Source: Candidatus Omnitrophota bacterium (lineage in GTDB: Bacteria; Omnitrophota; Gorgyraeia; JAFGHF01). Taken from it: a stretch of 64,000 nt of DNA. Position numbers and translations under genes: made by a program. The stretch spans positions 892,064 through 956,063 of the forward strand of contig CP070837.1 of the NCBI GenBank assembly GCA_020341815.1, written 5' to 3'. Positions 15,844 to 25,783 of this stretch are shown one piece after another. The first letter of the stretch is position 1, and each line of letters opens with the position of its first letter. Below the pieces are notes generated by a model. The model saw nothing but the letters and a program-made list of their open reading frames with translations. It did no database searches and was not told the DNA's origin.

Positions 15844-15912
15844 CTAGTCAATAATGTATGATTCCCACGAGCCGATAAAGCTAGAGGCTTTATCTCACGC
15901 ACCTCCCATGCT

Positions 15913-16086
15913 CCGGCAGCCCAACTACCATCTCGGAGAATGCCTGTATGTTTATTTCGACAACCTTAAAGGGAGATGTTTTTTTGGCTCCCTTTTCTAC
16001 ACGGCGTCCTTTTCATCTACGGCATTTCTTCCGATTTAGGCTTGCGGCTTTGCGTCCCAGCCTTTCGACTGGTTTGCCTTTATCGG
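15913..16086 (-). ncRNA. c-di-GMP-I (GEMM) riboswitch aptamer with a ~100-nt insertion
   Basis: GGCAAACC-AGTC-GAAA-GGCT-GGGACGCAAAGCC..GCCTAA...ATGGTAG..GGGCTGCCG matches the Vc2 consensus. Confidence 0.85.
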
Positions 16087-16096
16087 CTCTATAACA

Positions 16097-16125
16097 AGTA
16101 TATCACAAAAATCTTCTATCGTCAA
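16097..16125 (-). promoter_or_regulatory. sigma70 promoter for the aptamer RNA
   Basis: TTGACG-N17-TATACT. Confidence 0.7.
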
Positions 16126-16133
16126 GAAAACCG

Positions 16134-17294
16134 CTACTTGCCCATCCCTACCCTTTGGACAACCTGAAAGATCTTGCCCTCGGTCTGAATAGAGGGGGCA
16201 ATGATAATCTCGCTACGGTGCATCTCCTTGATATCTTTGGCCCCTATGCTGCCCATGGAGGTCTGCAGGGCCCCCATCAAGTTCTGCGAACCGTCGTCAA
16301 CCCGTGCCGGCCCAAAGAGTATCTCTTCCAGGCTACCGGCCACCCCCACCTTTATCCGTGTTCCTCGAGGGAGATTAAAATGCGGTGTAGCCATACCCCA
16401 GTGATACCCCCTGCCGGGCGCTTCATAAGTACGGGCAAAGGCCGAACCCACCATTACCGCATCTGCCCCGCAGGCAAAGGCCTTACAGATGTCTCCGCCT
16501 GTACGCATGCCTCCATCGGTAATAATGGGAACATATCTCTTGCTCTTTTTATAATAATCATCCCGGGCAGATGCTGCATCGCAAGTTGCCGTAACCTGAG
16601 GCACGCCAATGCCTAAGACACCCCTGGTCGTGCAGGCCGCCCCCGGGCCTATGCCTACCAGTATAGCACTGGCCCCTGTCTTGGCTAACTCCATGGTCAT
16701 CTCGTAAGTGACGCAGTTGCCTACAATTACGGGCATCTTGGTTTCAGTGCAGAACTTATGCAGATCTAAGGCCTTGTATTCATTGGAGATATGCTTTACG
16801 CTGCAGACAGTAGATTGCACTATGAATATATCGCAGCCTGCTTCCTGGGCAATAGAGGCAAACCTGGCGGCTTTTTGGGGTATGGCACTGACTACTGCCG
16901 GAACCCCGGCCTTTTTCACCTCTTCTATTCTCCTGGAAATAAGCTCTTCTTTTATCGGCTCAACATAAATGCTTTGGACAAGTTTCGTGGCTTCTTCAGG
17001 TTGAGCCTTGGCAATCTTGTCTAAAACCTCATTAGGGTTGTCATACCTGGTCTGCACCCCCTCTAAGTTTAAGACCGCTATACCCCCCAGCTTTCCCATC
17101 TTAATGGCAAAGGCCACATCCACTACCCCATCCATAGCCGCCGCCATAATCGGCACACTGAACTGGCGCTCGGCGATCTTCCATGTAGTATCTACCTCGC
17201 TAGGATTTATGGTCACGGAGCCGGGAACCAAGGCAACTTCATCAAATCCGTAACACCGTCGGGCTTTTCTACCCCTGCCTATAAATAATCCCAT
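16134..17294 (-). CDS. guaB: GuaB3-family IMP dehydrogenase-related protein
   Basis: VGIGPGAACTTRGVLGIGVPQ, HWGMAT, LPRGTR; no CBS domains. Confidence 0.85.
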   Translation of the reverse strand: MGLFIGRGRKARRCYGFDEVALVPGSVTINPSEVDTTWKIAERQFSVPIMAAAMDGVVDVAFAIKMGKLGGIAVLNLEGVQTRYDNPNEVLDKIAKAQPEEATKLVQSIYVEPIKEELISRRIEEVKKAGVPAVVSAIPQKAARFASIAQEAGCDIFIVQSTVCSVKHISNEYKALDLHKFCTETKMPVIVGNCVTYEMTMELAKTGASAILVGIGPGAACTTRGVLGIGVPQVTATCDAASARDDYYKKSKRYVPIITDGGMRTGGDICKAFACGADAVMVGSAFARTYEAPGRGYHWGMATPHFNLPRGTRIKVGVAGSLEEILFGPARVDDGSQNLMGALQTSMGSIGAKDIKEMHRSEIIIAPSIQTEGKIFQVVQRVGMGK

Positions 17295-17322
17295 TTTTTA
17301 CCTCCATCTCATGTGAAAAATA

Positions 17323-17351
17323 ATTATACAACTTTAACTATATTTTGTAAA
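17323..17351 (-). promoter_or_regulatory. sigma70 promoter
   Basis: TTTACA-N17-TATAAT with TG extension. Confidence 0.65.
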
Positions 17352-17371
17352 GCAAAATTTCGGAGTAAAAA

Positions 17372-17410
17372 AATAAGGCCTCTTGCAGTTTAAGCCGCAA
17401 GAGGCCTTAT
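17372..17410 (-). terminator. groESL terminator
   Basis: ATAAGGCCTCTTGC / GCAAGAGGCCTTAT hairpin followed by a T-tract. Confidence 0.85.
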
Positions 17411-17440
17411 ACTATGAACTATGAACTACGAACAATGAAC
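17411..17440. repeat. Heptamer tandem repeat (ACTATGA x4, degenerate)
   Basis: ACTATGA ACTATGA ACTACGA ACAATGA AC. Confidence 0.7.
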
Positions 17441-17445
17441 TTATC

Positions 17446-19107
<1,662 letters not shown>

Positions 19108-19401
19108 TTACTTTATAACTGCCAGGATGTCTTCTTCTTTGACAATCAAATATTCATCGCCCTCTTTAGTAACTACCTCAGTGCCGCTATATTTGGCAAA
19201 GAGGACTTTATCGCCTACCTTTACTTCCAGGGGCTTTATTGCGCCGCCTTCAGAAGCCTTACCTTTACCCACAGCTACCACTTCACCCTCCTGGGGCTTT
19301 TCTTTGGCTGTGTCAGGCAATACTATTCCGCCTTTTGTCTTGGATTCTGCTTCTAGTACCTTAAGTAAAACACGATCTCCTAATGGTTGAATTCCTGCCA
19401 T
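19108..19401 (-). CDS. groS: Co-chaperonin GroES
   Basis: [19 protein letters not shown]. Confidence 0.98.
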   Translation of the reverse strand: MAGIQPLGDRVLLKVLEAESKTKGGIVLPDTAKEKPQEGEVVAVGKGKASEGGAIKPLEVKVGDKVLFAKYSGTEVVTKEGDEYLIVKEEDILAVIK

Positions 19402-19435
19402 TTACTTACCTCCTTCTACTTTATTTATTTTATCT

Positions 19436-19462
19436 TTAGCACTCTCAAGGTATGAGTGCTAA
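19436..19462. promoter_or_regulatory. CIRCE element (HrcA operator)
   Basis: Perfect TTAGCACTC-N9-GAGTGCTAA upstream of groS. Confidence 0.95.
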
Positions 19463-19490
19463 TTTTAACCGATTACCTGCAAAAAAGCAA
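19462..19490 (-). promoter_or_regulatory. groESL sigma70 promoter
   Basis: TTGCTT-N17-TAAAAT abutting CIRCE. Confidence 0.65.
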
Positions 19491-19554
19491 GTCTTATTTT
19501 GGAATATTATAGACAATTATAGGCCAAAATAGGCAATTATCAGGAAAAATTGGC

Positions 19555-20346
19555 CTATTTTCGCTCTTTTTTAATTATTTTCTCGCTCTTCCTCCCTTCT
19601 AATGCTGCCTCCATCAGGCCTTCCAGGGTTAAATTTTCATTAATCTTATTAATAGAGCGGCAATAAGGCAGCATTAAAGAAGCTCCGCCTCCTGTAGATA
19701 CGACATAAGGGCGCCCTTTTAATCCCTTTTTTAGTTCTTTTAATATCCCCTCTATCATAAAGCTATATCCGTAAACAAGCCCGCTTCTCATGCTGGAAAT
19801 CGTCTGGCGACCTAAAAGCGCCTTGGGGCGGCTTAGCTTTACCTCAGGCAATAAGTCGGCCTTGCCGGTTAAGGCCCTTAAGGAAAGCTCCATTCCGGGA
19901 ACAATCACCCCTCCCAGATAACCTCCTCTTGCCGTTACTACATCAAAGGTAACGGCAGTGCCAAAGTCCACCACAATTACCGGACCCGCATATCTCTTAA
20001 ATGCCGCCGCGGCATTGGCCAGCCTATCCTGACCGACTTCTTTCGGCTTTTTATAAAGATTCTTAATGGGGGCCGGGATATCCTCACCCAAAACCAGAGG
20101 CTTGGTCTTTAGAATAAGAAAAAGGGCCCGTTTAACTATCCTGGTAAGCTTAGGCACCACACTGCAAATGATAACCTCATCTATGGTATCAGCCTTCTGC
20201 TTTGCAAGAAGCTTTCTTAAAAGCTTTGTATAGTACTTAAGATTGGCTGCTTTATTAGTAGCCAGCCTCCAGGTGCGCATAAGCCTCTTTCCTTTAAATA
20301 GGCCCATCTTTATATTGGTGTTGCCGATATCCACTGCCAGAAGCAT
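19555..20346 (-). CDS. coaX: Type III pantothenate kinase
   Basis: VDIGNT, VGQDR, VDFGTA. Confidence 0.95.
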   Translation of the reverse strand: MLLAVDIGNTNIKMGLFKGKRLMRTWRLATNKAANLKYYTKLLRKLLAKQKADTIDEVIICSVVPKLTRIVKRALFLILKTKPLVLGEDIPAPIKNLYKKPKEVGQDRLANAAAAFKRYAGPVIVVDFGTAVTFDVVTARGGYLGGVIVPGMELSLRALTGKADLLPEVKLSRPKALLGRQTISSMRSGLVYGYSFMIEGILKELKKGLKGRPYVVSTGGGASLMLPYCRSINKINENLTLEGLMEAALEGRKSEKIIKKERK

Positions 20347-20403
20347 CTGTTTAAGTCCTTTTTAATAGACCTTTTACGAACAGGCGAAGGATTTGCTATG
20401 TGG

Positions 20404-20964
20404 TCACGTTATAATCTTAAGAATTTCATTTATACTAAGACCAAATTCTTTTGCCAAATTTATAAATAAACTTAAGAGTTGAACTACATTTGACACAGAG
20501 CCAAGTGAGCTTTTAAATCTTTGCAAGAAACTTCTTTCTTTACTCCCTTCTCTGTAACTAGGAAGTTTCTCATCAACTTTACTTTGAATATCAAGAAGCA
20601 TTTGAACATAAAAAGATTGGTTTTGCTGCTGACTTTGGCTTATGACTGTATTTGGACCACCACTAAAAGGTGCAGGTTCATTAGCAAAATACTCACCATG
20701 AAGGTTTGTAATTAAACCGCCTAACTTCTGTCGGTATGTAATAAGCGGCAAGGCTTCATTGCCGCTAGGTAAACGTTGAGGGTTAACACAAAAACGGTTA
20801 TAATCTTTTCCCGAAGTCTGGCTAACTAAGCTTACGCAGTTATTATATTGTTCCCATACAGATTTGTCGTATATATAAACATTGGGGTTTTCTGGAATTC
20901 CTGGTGCTTGTGAAAGATATCCTTGCAATTCTGAATATAAAGGTCTTAAGTTTTCTTTTTCCAT
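20404..20964 (-). CDS. Hypothetical protein (AT-rich islet)
   Basis: 186-aa ORF with AGGAG SD. Confidence 0.75.
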   Translation of the reverse strand: MEKENLRPLYSELQGYLSQAPGIPENPNVYIYDKSVWEQYNNCVSLVSQTSGKDYNRFCVNPQRLPSGNEALPLITYRQKLGGLITNLHGEYFANEPAPFSGGPNTVISQSQQQNQSFYVQMLLDIQSKVDEKLPSYREGSKERSFLQRFKSSLGSVSNVVQLLSLFINLAKEFGLSINEILKIIT

Positions 20965-21013
20965 GTAATTGTTCTCCTGAACCTAACTAAGGGTTTGCTA
21001 TGCGGACACTATT

Positions 21014-21718
21014 TTACAAATTCTTGAGATATCCAATCAAATTTTGTTGTATAATGGAGCGCCCTTTTAAAAAGCCTTTAAGAATACTATTTAATTGTGA
21101 AAGTCGTATAAATTTTTCTTCGTCGTCAAATTGATGCAAATTTTCTTTCATTATTAATAAATCATATTTTTTATTTGGAAATAAGGCTACTGCAACATAT
21201 GGAGCTCTTGAGTGTAGAAAAAGATTTCGATGTATGTCTAAAATAGCAAACCATTCATACGACTCCCCAGATTCTTCAATCATTTCTTGAATTCTTTTAC
21301 CGACATCTTTTTTTTGTAAGCTTTCACCGGTATGCAAATATATCTGTTGCAGAAACTTCGCCATTAATTCACAGCATGAATTAAATTCAAATAGAAAAGA
21401 ATCGATATCAATCAGTAACTTATATTTAAGTGTGTCATCGACCTTAAATGCATAACCAACTTTAGTCGGTGTTGAAATGTATTTATGATCTATGTTTGCT
21501 ATCTCTTTACATAATTTTCTATATTTTTCATTTATTCTCTTTATAATCCTAGGAAACATATTCGACCTGGTAGAAATAGATAACCCAAGTTGACCAAAAT
21601 CCTGGGGAAATTTTTTAATTTTTCCCCTCTTGAAGGCATCATTGATTGCTGAATAAATTGGTAAAACCCATGGATCACCACCCACTTCCATTATATGCAC
21701 CCACTGATTAATTTTCAT
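21014..21718 (-). CDS. Hypothetical protein, candidate HEPN RNase
   Basis: 234 aa, helical, with Rx4H motif RNLFLH. Confidence 0.55.
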   Translation of the reverse strand: MKINQWVHIMEVGGDPWVLPIYSAINDAFKRGKIKKFPQDFGQLGLSISTRSNMFPRIIKRINEKYRKLCKEIANIDHKYISTPTKVGYAFKVDDTLKYKLLIDIDSFLFEFNSCCELMAKFLQQIYLHTGESLQKKDVGKRIQEMIEESGESYEWFAILDIHRNLFLHSRAPYVAVALFPNKKYDLLIMKENLHQFDDEEKFIRLSQLNSILKGFLKGRSIIQQNLIGYLKNL

Positions 21719-21789
21719 TATGCTATTTTTTCCTTCTATGAATTCTTTTCAAATCCTTCTTTTTCAGGCACAATTTTTACAAGTATTGG

Positions 21790-21964
21790 GGGTTATGGTT
21801 GGCTTGGTATGGTTCAAAGCGGGGTGTGTTTTGGTCGAGCGGGCAAGGTTTCGCTCTGTTTTGGAGCTCTGCGAAGAGCGAGACCAAAACCTCAAGCGAA
21901 GTTTTGCCACGCTGGGGCAAAACAAGCGTCCCCGCGTGAACCATGCCAAGTCAATCATTAACTC
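21790..21964 (+). repeat. Long branched imperfect palindrome
   Basis: GGTTATGGTTGGCTTGGTATGGTTCA..GCGGGG pairs with CCCCGC.TGAACCATGCCAAGTCAATCATTAAC; internal hairpins. Confidence 0.8.
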
Positions 21965-21973
21965 TACCTATCT

Positions 21974-22966
21974 TCACCCAGCCCTCCCAATCTCAACCGC
22001 CAGTTTAATCGCCTCTATCATTGAGCCGGGATTGGCCTTGTTCTTTCCTGCTATATTGTAAGCGGTTCCGTGGTCGGGTGAAGTGCGCACAAAAGGAAGC
22101 CCCAGGGTAAGATTTACCCCCTGATGAAAGGCCTGCATCTTCAAAGGAATTAGCCCCTGGTCATGATACATAGCCACCACAGCGTCAAATTTACCCTGCA
22201 GGGCGGAATAAAAAATAGTGTCTGATGGCAAGGGCCCCTCTATAGAAGCTAAAGCTTTTGCCTTTATTACTGCCGGCCGGATAATCTTGATCTCCTCCTG
22301 CCCCAAGGTCCCTTCATCCCCGCTATGGGGATTCAGGCCGCAAACAGCAATACGCGGACGGCGAATTCCAAAGTATTGCTTAAGGTAAGAGGCGCTCAAG
22401 GCTAAGGTCTCATATATCTTCTCTGTGCTTAAAGACCCGGCCACTTCTTTTAAGGGGACGTGCCTGGTTACCAGTACTACTTTAAGAGGCCCTCCTATTA
22501 ACATCATAGCAAACTTTTTGGTTTTTGTGGCCCGGGCAAGATATTCCGTATGTCCCGTAAAGACTTCGTCCACGGGACTACCCCGTGATGCGCAGCATTT
22601 TACGGGGTGCCCTTGGAAGAAAGTTCCTGTCTGGCTGATGGTATGCTTATTCACCGGCGCAGTTACCAGGACATCTATCTTTTTGGCTTTAACCAACCTT
22701 AAAGCCTCATCGATGCAATCCAAGGCCAATCTTCCATAAGCCGGGGTGCCGCGGCCAAAGACTAAACGCGATGTCTCCCCCACATCCGATAAAGCGACAT
22801 CCTTATTTAGCTTTATTCTGCACTTTCTGGCTGTCTGTTCCATTACTGAGGAGTTGCCGATAATCAGGAAGTTCGCTAGTTTCTGGACACTCTTGTCCCT
22901 AAGGGCCTTAAGAATTACTTCCGGCCCGATGCCGGCGGCATCTCCCATGGTAATACCACAGGTCAA
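21974..22966 (-). CDS. pdxA: 4-hydroxythreonine-4-phosphate dehydrogenase (with a 19-codon insertion)
   Basis: ITMGD.AGIGPE, GHTE, LNPH, YHDQG, RTSPDHGTA; probable TTG start overlapping the surA stop. Confidence 0.93.
   Translation of the reverse strand: MTCGITMGDAAGIGPEVILKALRDKSVQKLANFLIIGNSSVMEQTARKCRIKLNKDVALSDVGETSRLVFGRGTPAYGRLALDCIDEALRLVKAKKIDVLVTAPVNKHTISQTGTFFQGHPVKCCASRGSPVDEVFTGHTEYLARATKTKKFAMMLIGGPLKVVLVTRHVPLKEVAGSLSTEKIYETLALSASYLKQYFGIRRPRIAVCGLNPHSGDEGTLGQEEIKIIRPAVIKAKALASIEGPLPSDTIFYSALQGKFDAVVAMYHDQGLIPLKMQAFHQGVNLTLGLPFVRTSPDHGTAYNIAGKNKANPGSMIEAIKLAVEIGRAG
22553..22607. repeat. In-frame palindromic insertion in pdxA
   Basis: CCCCGTAAA...TTTACGGGA flanked by CA/CA; duplicates the GH codons. 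Confidence 0.75.
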
Positions 22967-23889
22967 TTTATCTTTATATAAGCGCTTTGCTTTAATTCTC
23001 CCACCCATTCTCTAAACAACTCCACAAACTTTTCTTTATAGAGAAACTCTCTGATTATATCCTGGCTTTCCGAAAAATCCAGAGGCTCAGCGGGTTCTTT
23101 CTTATCCACCTTAAAAATACGATACCCCTGAGGACTCTTTATTACATCGCTAAACTCACCAATCTGCAGGCTAAAAATAGCCTTATCTATCTCTTCAATT
23201 AACTGGTCCTTCTGCACAACACCCAAATCCCGCTCCAATTCCTCAAAGGTTTCGCCATTTCTCAGGCGCTCAAGAATACTCTTGGCCTTTTGCAAGGCCG
23301 CGTATTCACTCTGCTGTTCATCCTTCTGGATAAAGATGCTTTTGACGTGGGCCTTCTCGGGCCGTTTAAGTTCGCTTTTGTGCGACTGATAAAATTTCTC
23401 TATCTCTATGGGGTCAATTTTGATTTTAGACCTTACAAAATAATCAACGGCCTTTTTCATAGTCTCCTGGGCGCTAAATCTATCCCGCAGGTCTCCTAAC
23501 GTAAGGCCCTGGTCTTCGATGGCCCACTCAAAGTCCCGTTCGCTGGGAAAGGTCTGCTTGATTTGCTCTATGCGCGCATCTATCACGCTCTCATCAATCT
23601 TGATATCATATTTTTTGGTCTCACAGAGGATAAGCTTTTCCTCCAGCATCTGACTAATAACGTTTTCTTTTGCCTGAAGAAACTTCTCGCTAAACTCCTC
23701 GGGATCCGTATAAATGATTTTGTATTCGGTCTCAATTGTAGCTAAGACTCTGTCCACATCCGTCTGGGCAATTACTTCATCATTTACAACGGCAACTATT
23801 CTGTCGATTGTCTCTGCCGCCAAAGGCTGCATAAAAAGTAAACCCAAGCTCAAGATCAACAAAATCTGTAATTTATTTTGTCTAGTCAT
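22963..23889 (-). CDS. surA: SurA-like peptidyl-prolyl isomerase/chaperone
   Basis: DRIVAVVNDEVI; parvulin-like C-terminal domain. Confidence 0.8.
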   Translation of the reverse strand: MTRQNKLQILLILSLGLLFMQPLAAETIDRIVAVVNDEVIAQTDVDRVLATIETEYKIIYTDPEEFSEKFLQAKENVISQMLEEKLILCETKKYDIKIDESVIDARIEQIKQTFPSERDFEWAIEDQGLTLGDLRDRFSAQETMKKAVDYFVRSKIKIDPIEIEKFYQSHKSELKRPEKAHVKSIFIQKDEQQSEYAALQKAKSILERLRNGETFEELERDLGVVQKDQLIEEIDKAIFSLQIGEFSDVIKSPQGYRIFKVDKKEPAEPLDFSESQDIIREFLYKEKFVELFREWVGELKQSAYIKIN

Positions 23890-25783
23890 TTTTGGAAACC
23901 TCGCTTATAGTCTCTCTGAGTAAACGGCAGTACAGGTCGAAACCTACAGCCTGAATCCAGCCGTGTTGCTGCGTACCCAGGAGGTTGCCTGCTCCGCGAA
24001 TCTGCAGGTCTTCCAGGGCAATCTTAAATCCCGAACCAAGCGCAGCAAAACGCTCAATTGCCTTAAGCCGCTTTAAGGCAGTCTCTCCCCAGGCATACTT
24101 GCGCGGAATAAGAAAGTAGGCGTAGGCCTTATATTTAAAGCGCCCGACTCTGCCCCTTAACTGGTAAAGCTCAGCCAGGCCAAAGCGGTCGGCGCGGTTG
24201 ACAATAAGTGTGTTGGCATTGGGTATATCGATACCCGACTCTACTATTGTGGTAGAGACCAATACATCGATATTGCCCTTGATAAATGATAGCATAATTT
24301 CTTCAAGCTCTCTCTCGGCCATCTGGCCATGAGCGCTTGCGATTTTTGCCTGCGGGACAATAGTCTCAATTCTTTTGGTAACCTTATCTATATCCTTGAC
24401 CCTGTTATGGATGAAAAAACACTGGCCGTGCCGGGTGAGTTCTTTGTTTATACTCCTTTTGATTAAATCCTCATCATATTCTACGACACGCGTCTCAATA
24501 GGCACTCTGCCCAGGGGCGGCGTATTTATTATGGACATATCACGCGCGCCCATCAGGGACATATATAAGGTGCGCGGGATAGGCGTAGCAGTCAGGGTCA
24601 ATACATCCACCAGGAGCCTGAAGCGTTTCAGGCTCTCTTTGTGCTTTACGCCGAAACGCTGCTCTTCATCGATAATAACCAGCCCTAAATCCTTAAATTT
24701 TATATCCGCCGAAAGCAACCTATGGGTGCCGATGATTATATCTACCTTACCCGCTCTGATCTCAGCAATAATCGCATCCTGCTCTTTAGCGCTTTTGAAT
24801 CTGCTGAGCATCTGCACATTTAGGGGAAAATCCTTCAGCCTCTGGCTGAAGGTATAATAGTGCTGCTCGGCAAGGATAGTGGTGGGCACAAGCATTGCCA
24901 CCTGTTTATTATCCATTACCGCCTTAAAAGCGGCGCGCAGGGCAACCTCTGTTTTTCCGTATCCCACCTCCCCGCAAATCAACCTGTCCATGGGCCGTTC
25001 GGACTCCATATCCCGTTTCACCTGGCGCATAGATTCAGTCTGGTCGGGCGTATCCTGATAAGGAAAAGACTTCTCCAGCTGTCTCTGCCAATCATTGTCG
25101 CGAGCAAAGCGATGTCCCTTTAAGGCATAACGGGCCGCCTGCATCCTTAAAAGTTCCGTAGCCATCGAAACAATACCCTTTTTGGTTCTGTTTTTTATGC
25201 CCTGCCAGGTCTTTGTGCCCAGCTTGGAAAGCTTCAAAGGACGCCTGCCGAGAAAAGCAATATATTTGTTGACCAGGTGCATCTCGCCGGTGGGCACATA
25301 AAGCTTATCCCCATCGGCATATTCAATCAGCATATGGTCAAGGTACTTTCCCCCTGACTTTATCTTTTTTATTCCCTGATACCTGCCGATGCCGTGATTG
25401 ACATGGACCACATAATCGCCCAGCTCCATATCAAGGAAATTATCAATGGGCAGCTTCTGTCCCAGATGGGCATAATTTTTTTTGACCTGGCCGTTTTTGA
25501 AAACATAGCGCGGCAGGATAATCACCAGATTATGCCTGTCCAGGGTTCGGCCGGAAATTACATCAAAACTGCGGATAGAGTTTATCCGCTCACCCATAAA
25601 CTCAAGACGCACCGGCCCTTCAAAGGTTACCGGAAAGATATCCAGTATTCCCCCGCGCAGGCAAAAGTCGCCCTCCTGATTAACCTCTGCAGAGGATTGA
25701 TAATTATATTCCACCAGGGTACGGACTAAGTCTTTAGGCGGGATACTTTCTTTAACATATAGTTTAAGAGAGGAAAACATCAC
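23882..25783 (-). CDS. mfd: Transcription-repair coupling factor (short form)
   Basis: GDYVVHVNHGIG, GYGKTEVA, DEEQRFG, QLRGRVGR, IRGAGNLLG. Confidence 0.92.
   Translation of the reverse strand: MMFSSLKLYVKESIPPKDLVRTLVEYNYQSSAEVNQEGDFCLRGGILDIFPVTFEGPVRLEFMGERINSIRSFDVISGRTLDRHNLVIILPRYVFKNGQVKKNYAHLGQKLPIDNFLDMELGDYVVHVNHGIGRYQGIKKIKSGGKYLDHMLIEYADGDKLYVPTGEMHLVNKYIAFLGRRPLKLSKLGTKTWQGIKNRTKKGIVSMATELLRMQAARYALKGHRFARDNDWQRQLEKSFPYQDTPDQTESMRQVKRDMESERPMDRLICGEVGYGKTEVALRAAFKAVMDNKQVAMLVPTTILAEQHYYTFSQRLKDFPLNVQMLSRFKSAKEQDAIIAEIRAGKVDIIIGTHRLLSADIKFKDLGLVIIDEEQRFGVKHKESLKRFRLLVDVLTLTATPIPRTLYMSLMGARDMSIINTPPLGRVPIETRVVEYDEDLIKRSINKELTRHGQCFFIHNRVKDIDKVTKRIETIVPQAKIASAHGQMAERELEEIMLSFIKGNIDVLVSTTIVESGIDIPNANTLIVNRADRFGLAELYQLRGRVGRFKYKAYAYFLIPRKYAWGETALKRLKAIERFAALGSGFKIALEDLQIRGAGNLLGTQQHGWIQAVGFDLYCRLLRETISEVSKND

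Noticed and set aside
15913-16086. c-AMP-GMP (GEMM-Ib) specificity or a CsrB-like sponge
   Set aside because: The position-20 equivalent is G in both aptamers, and there are too few hairpin-loop GGA motifs
15854-16167. + strand ORFs of 61 and 63 aa
   Set aside because: Antisense to a clear riboswitch aptamer, with no protein features
21790-21964. Canonical integron attC site
   Set aside because: Ends are GTT...AAC rather than RYYYAAC...GTTRRRY, and no integrase is in the window
21695-22061. Short ORFs across the palindrome
   Set aside because: Three overlapping frames without SD or recognisable domains, explained by GC-rich structured DNA
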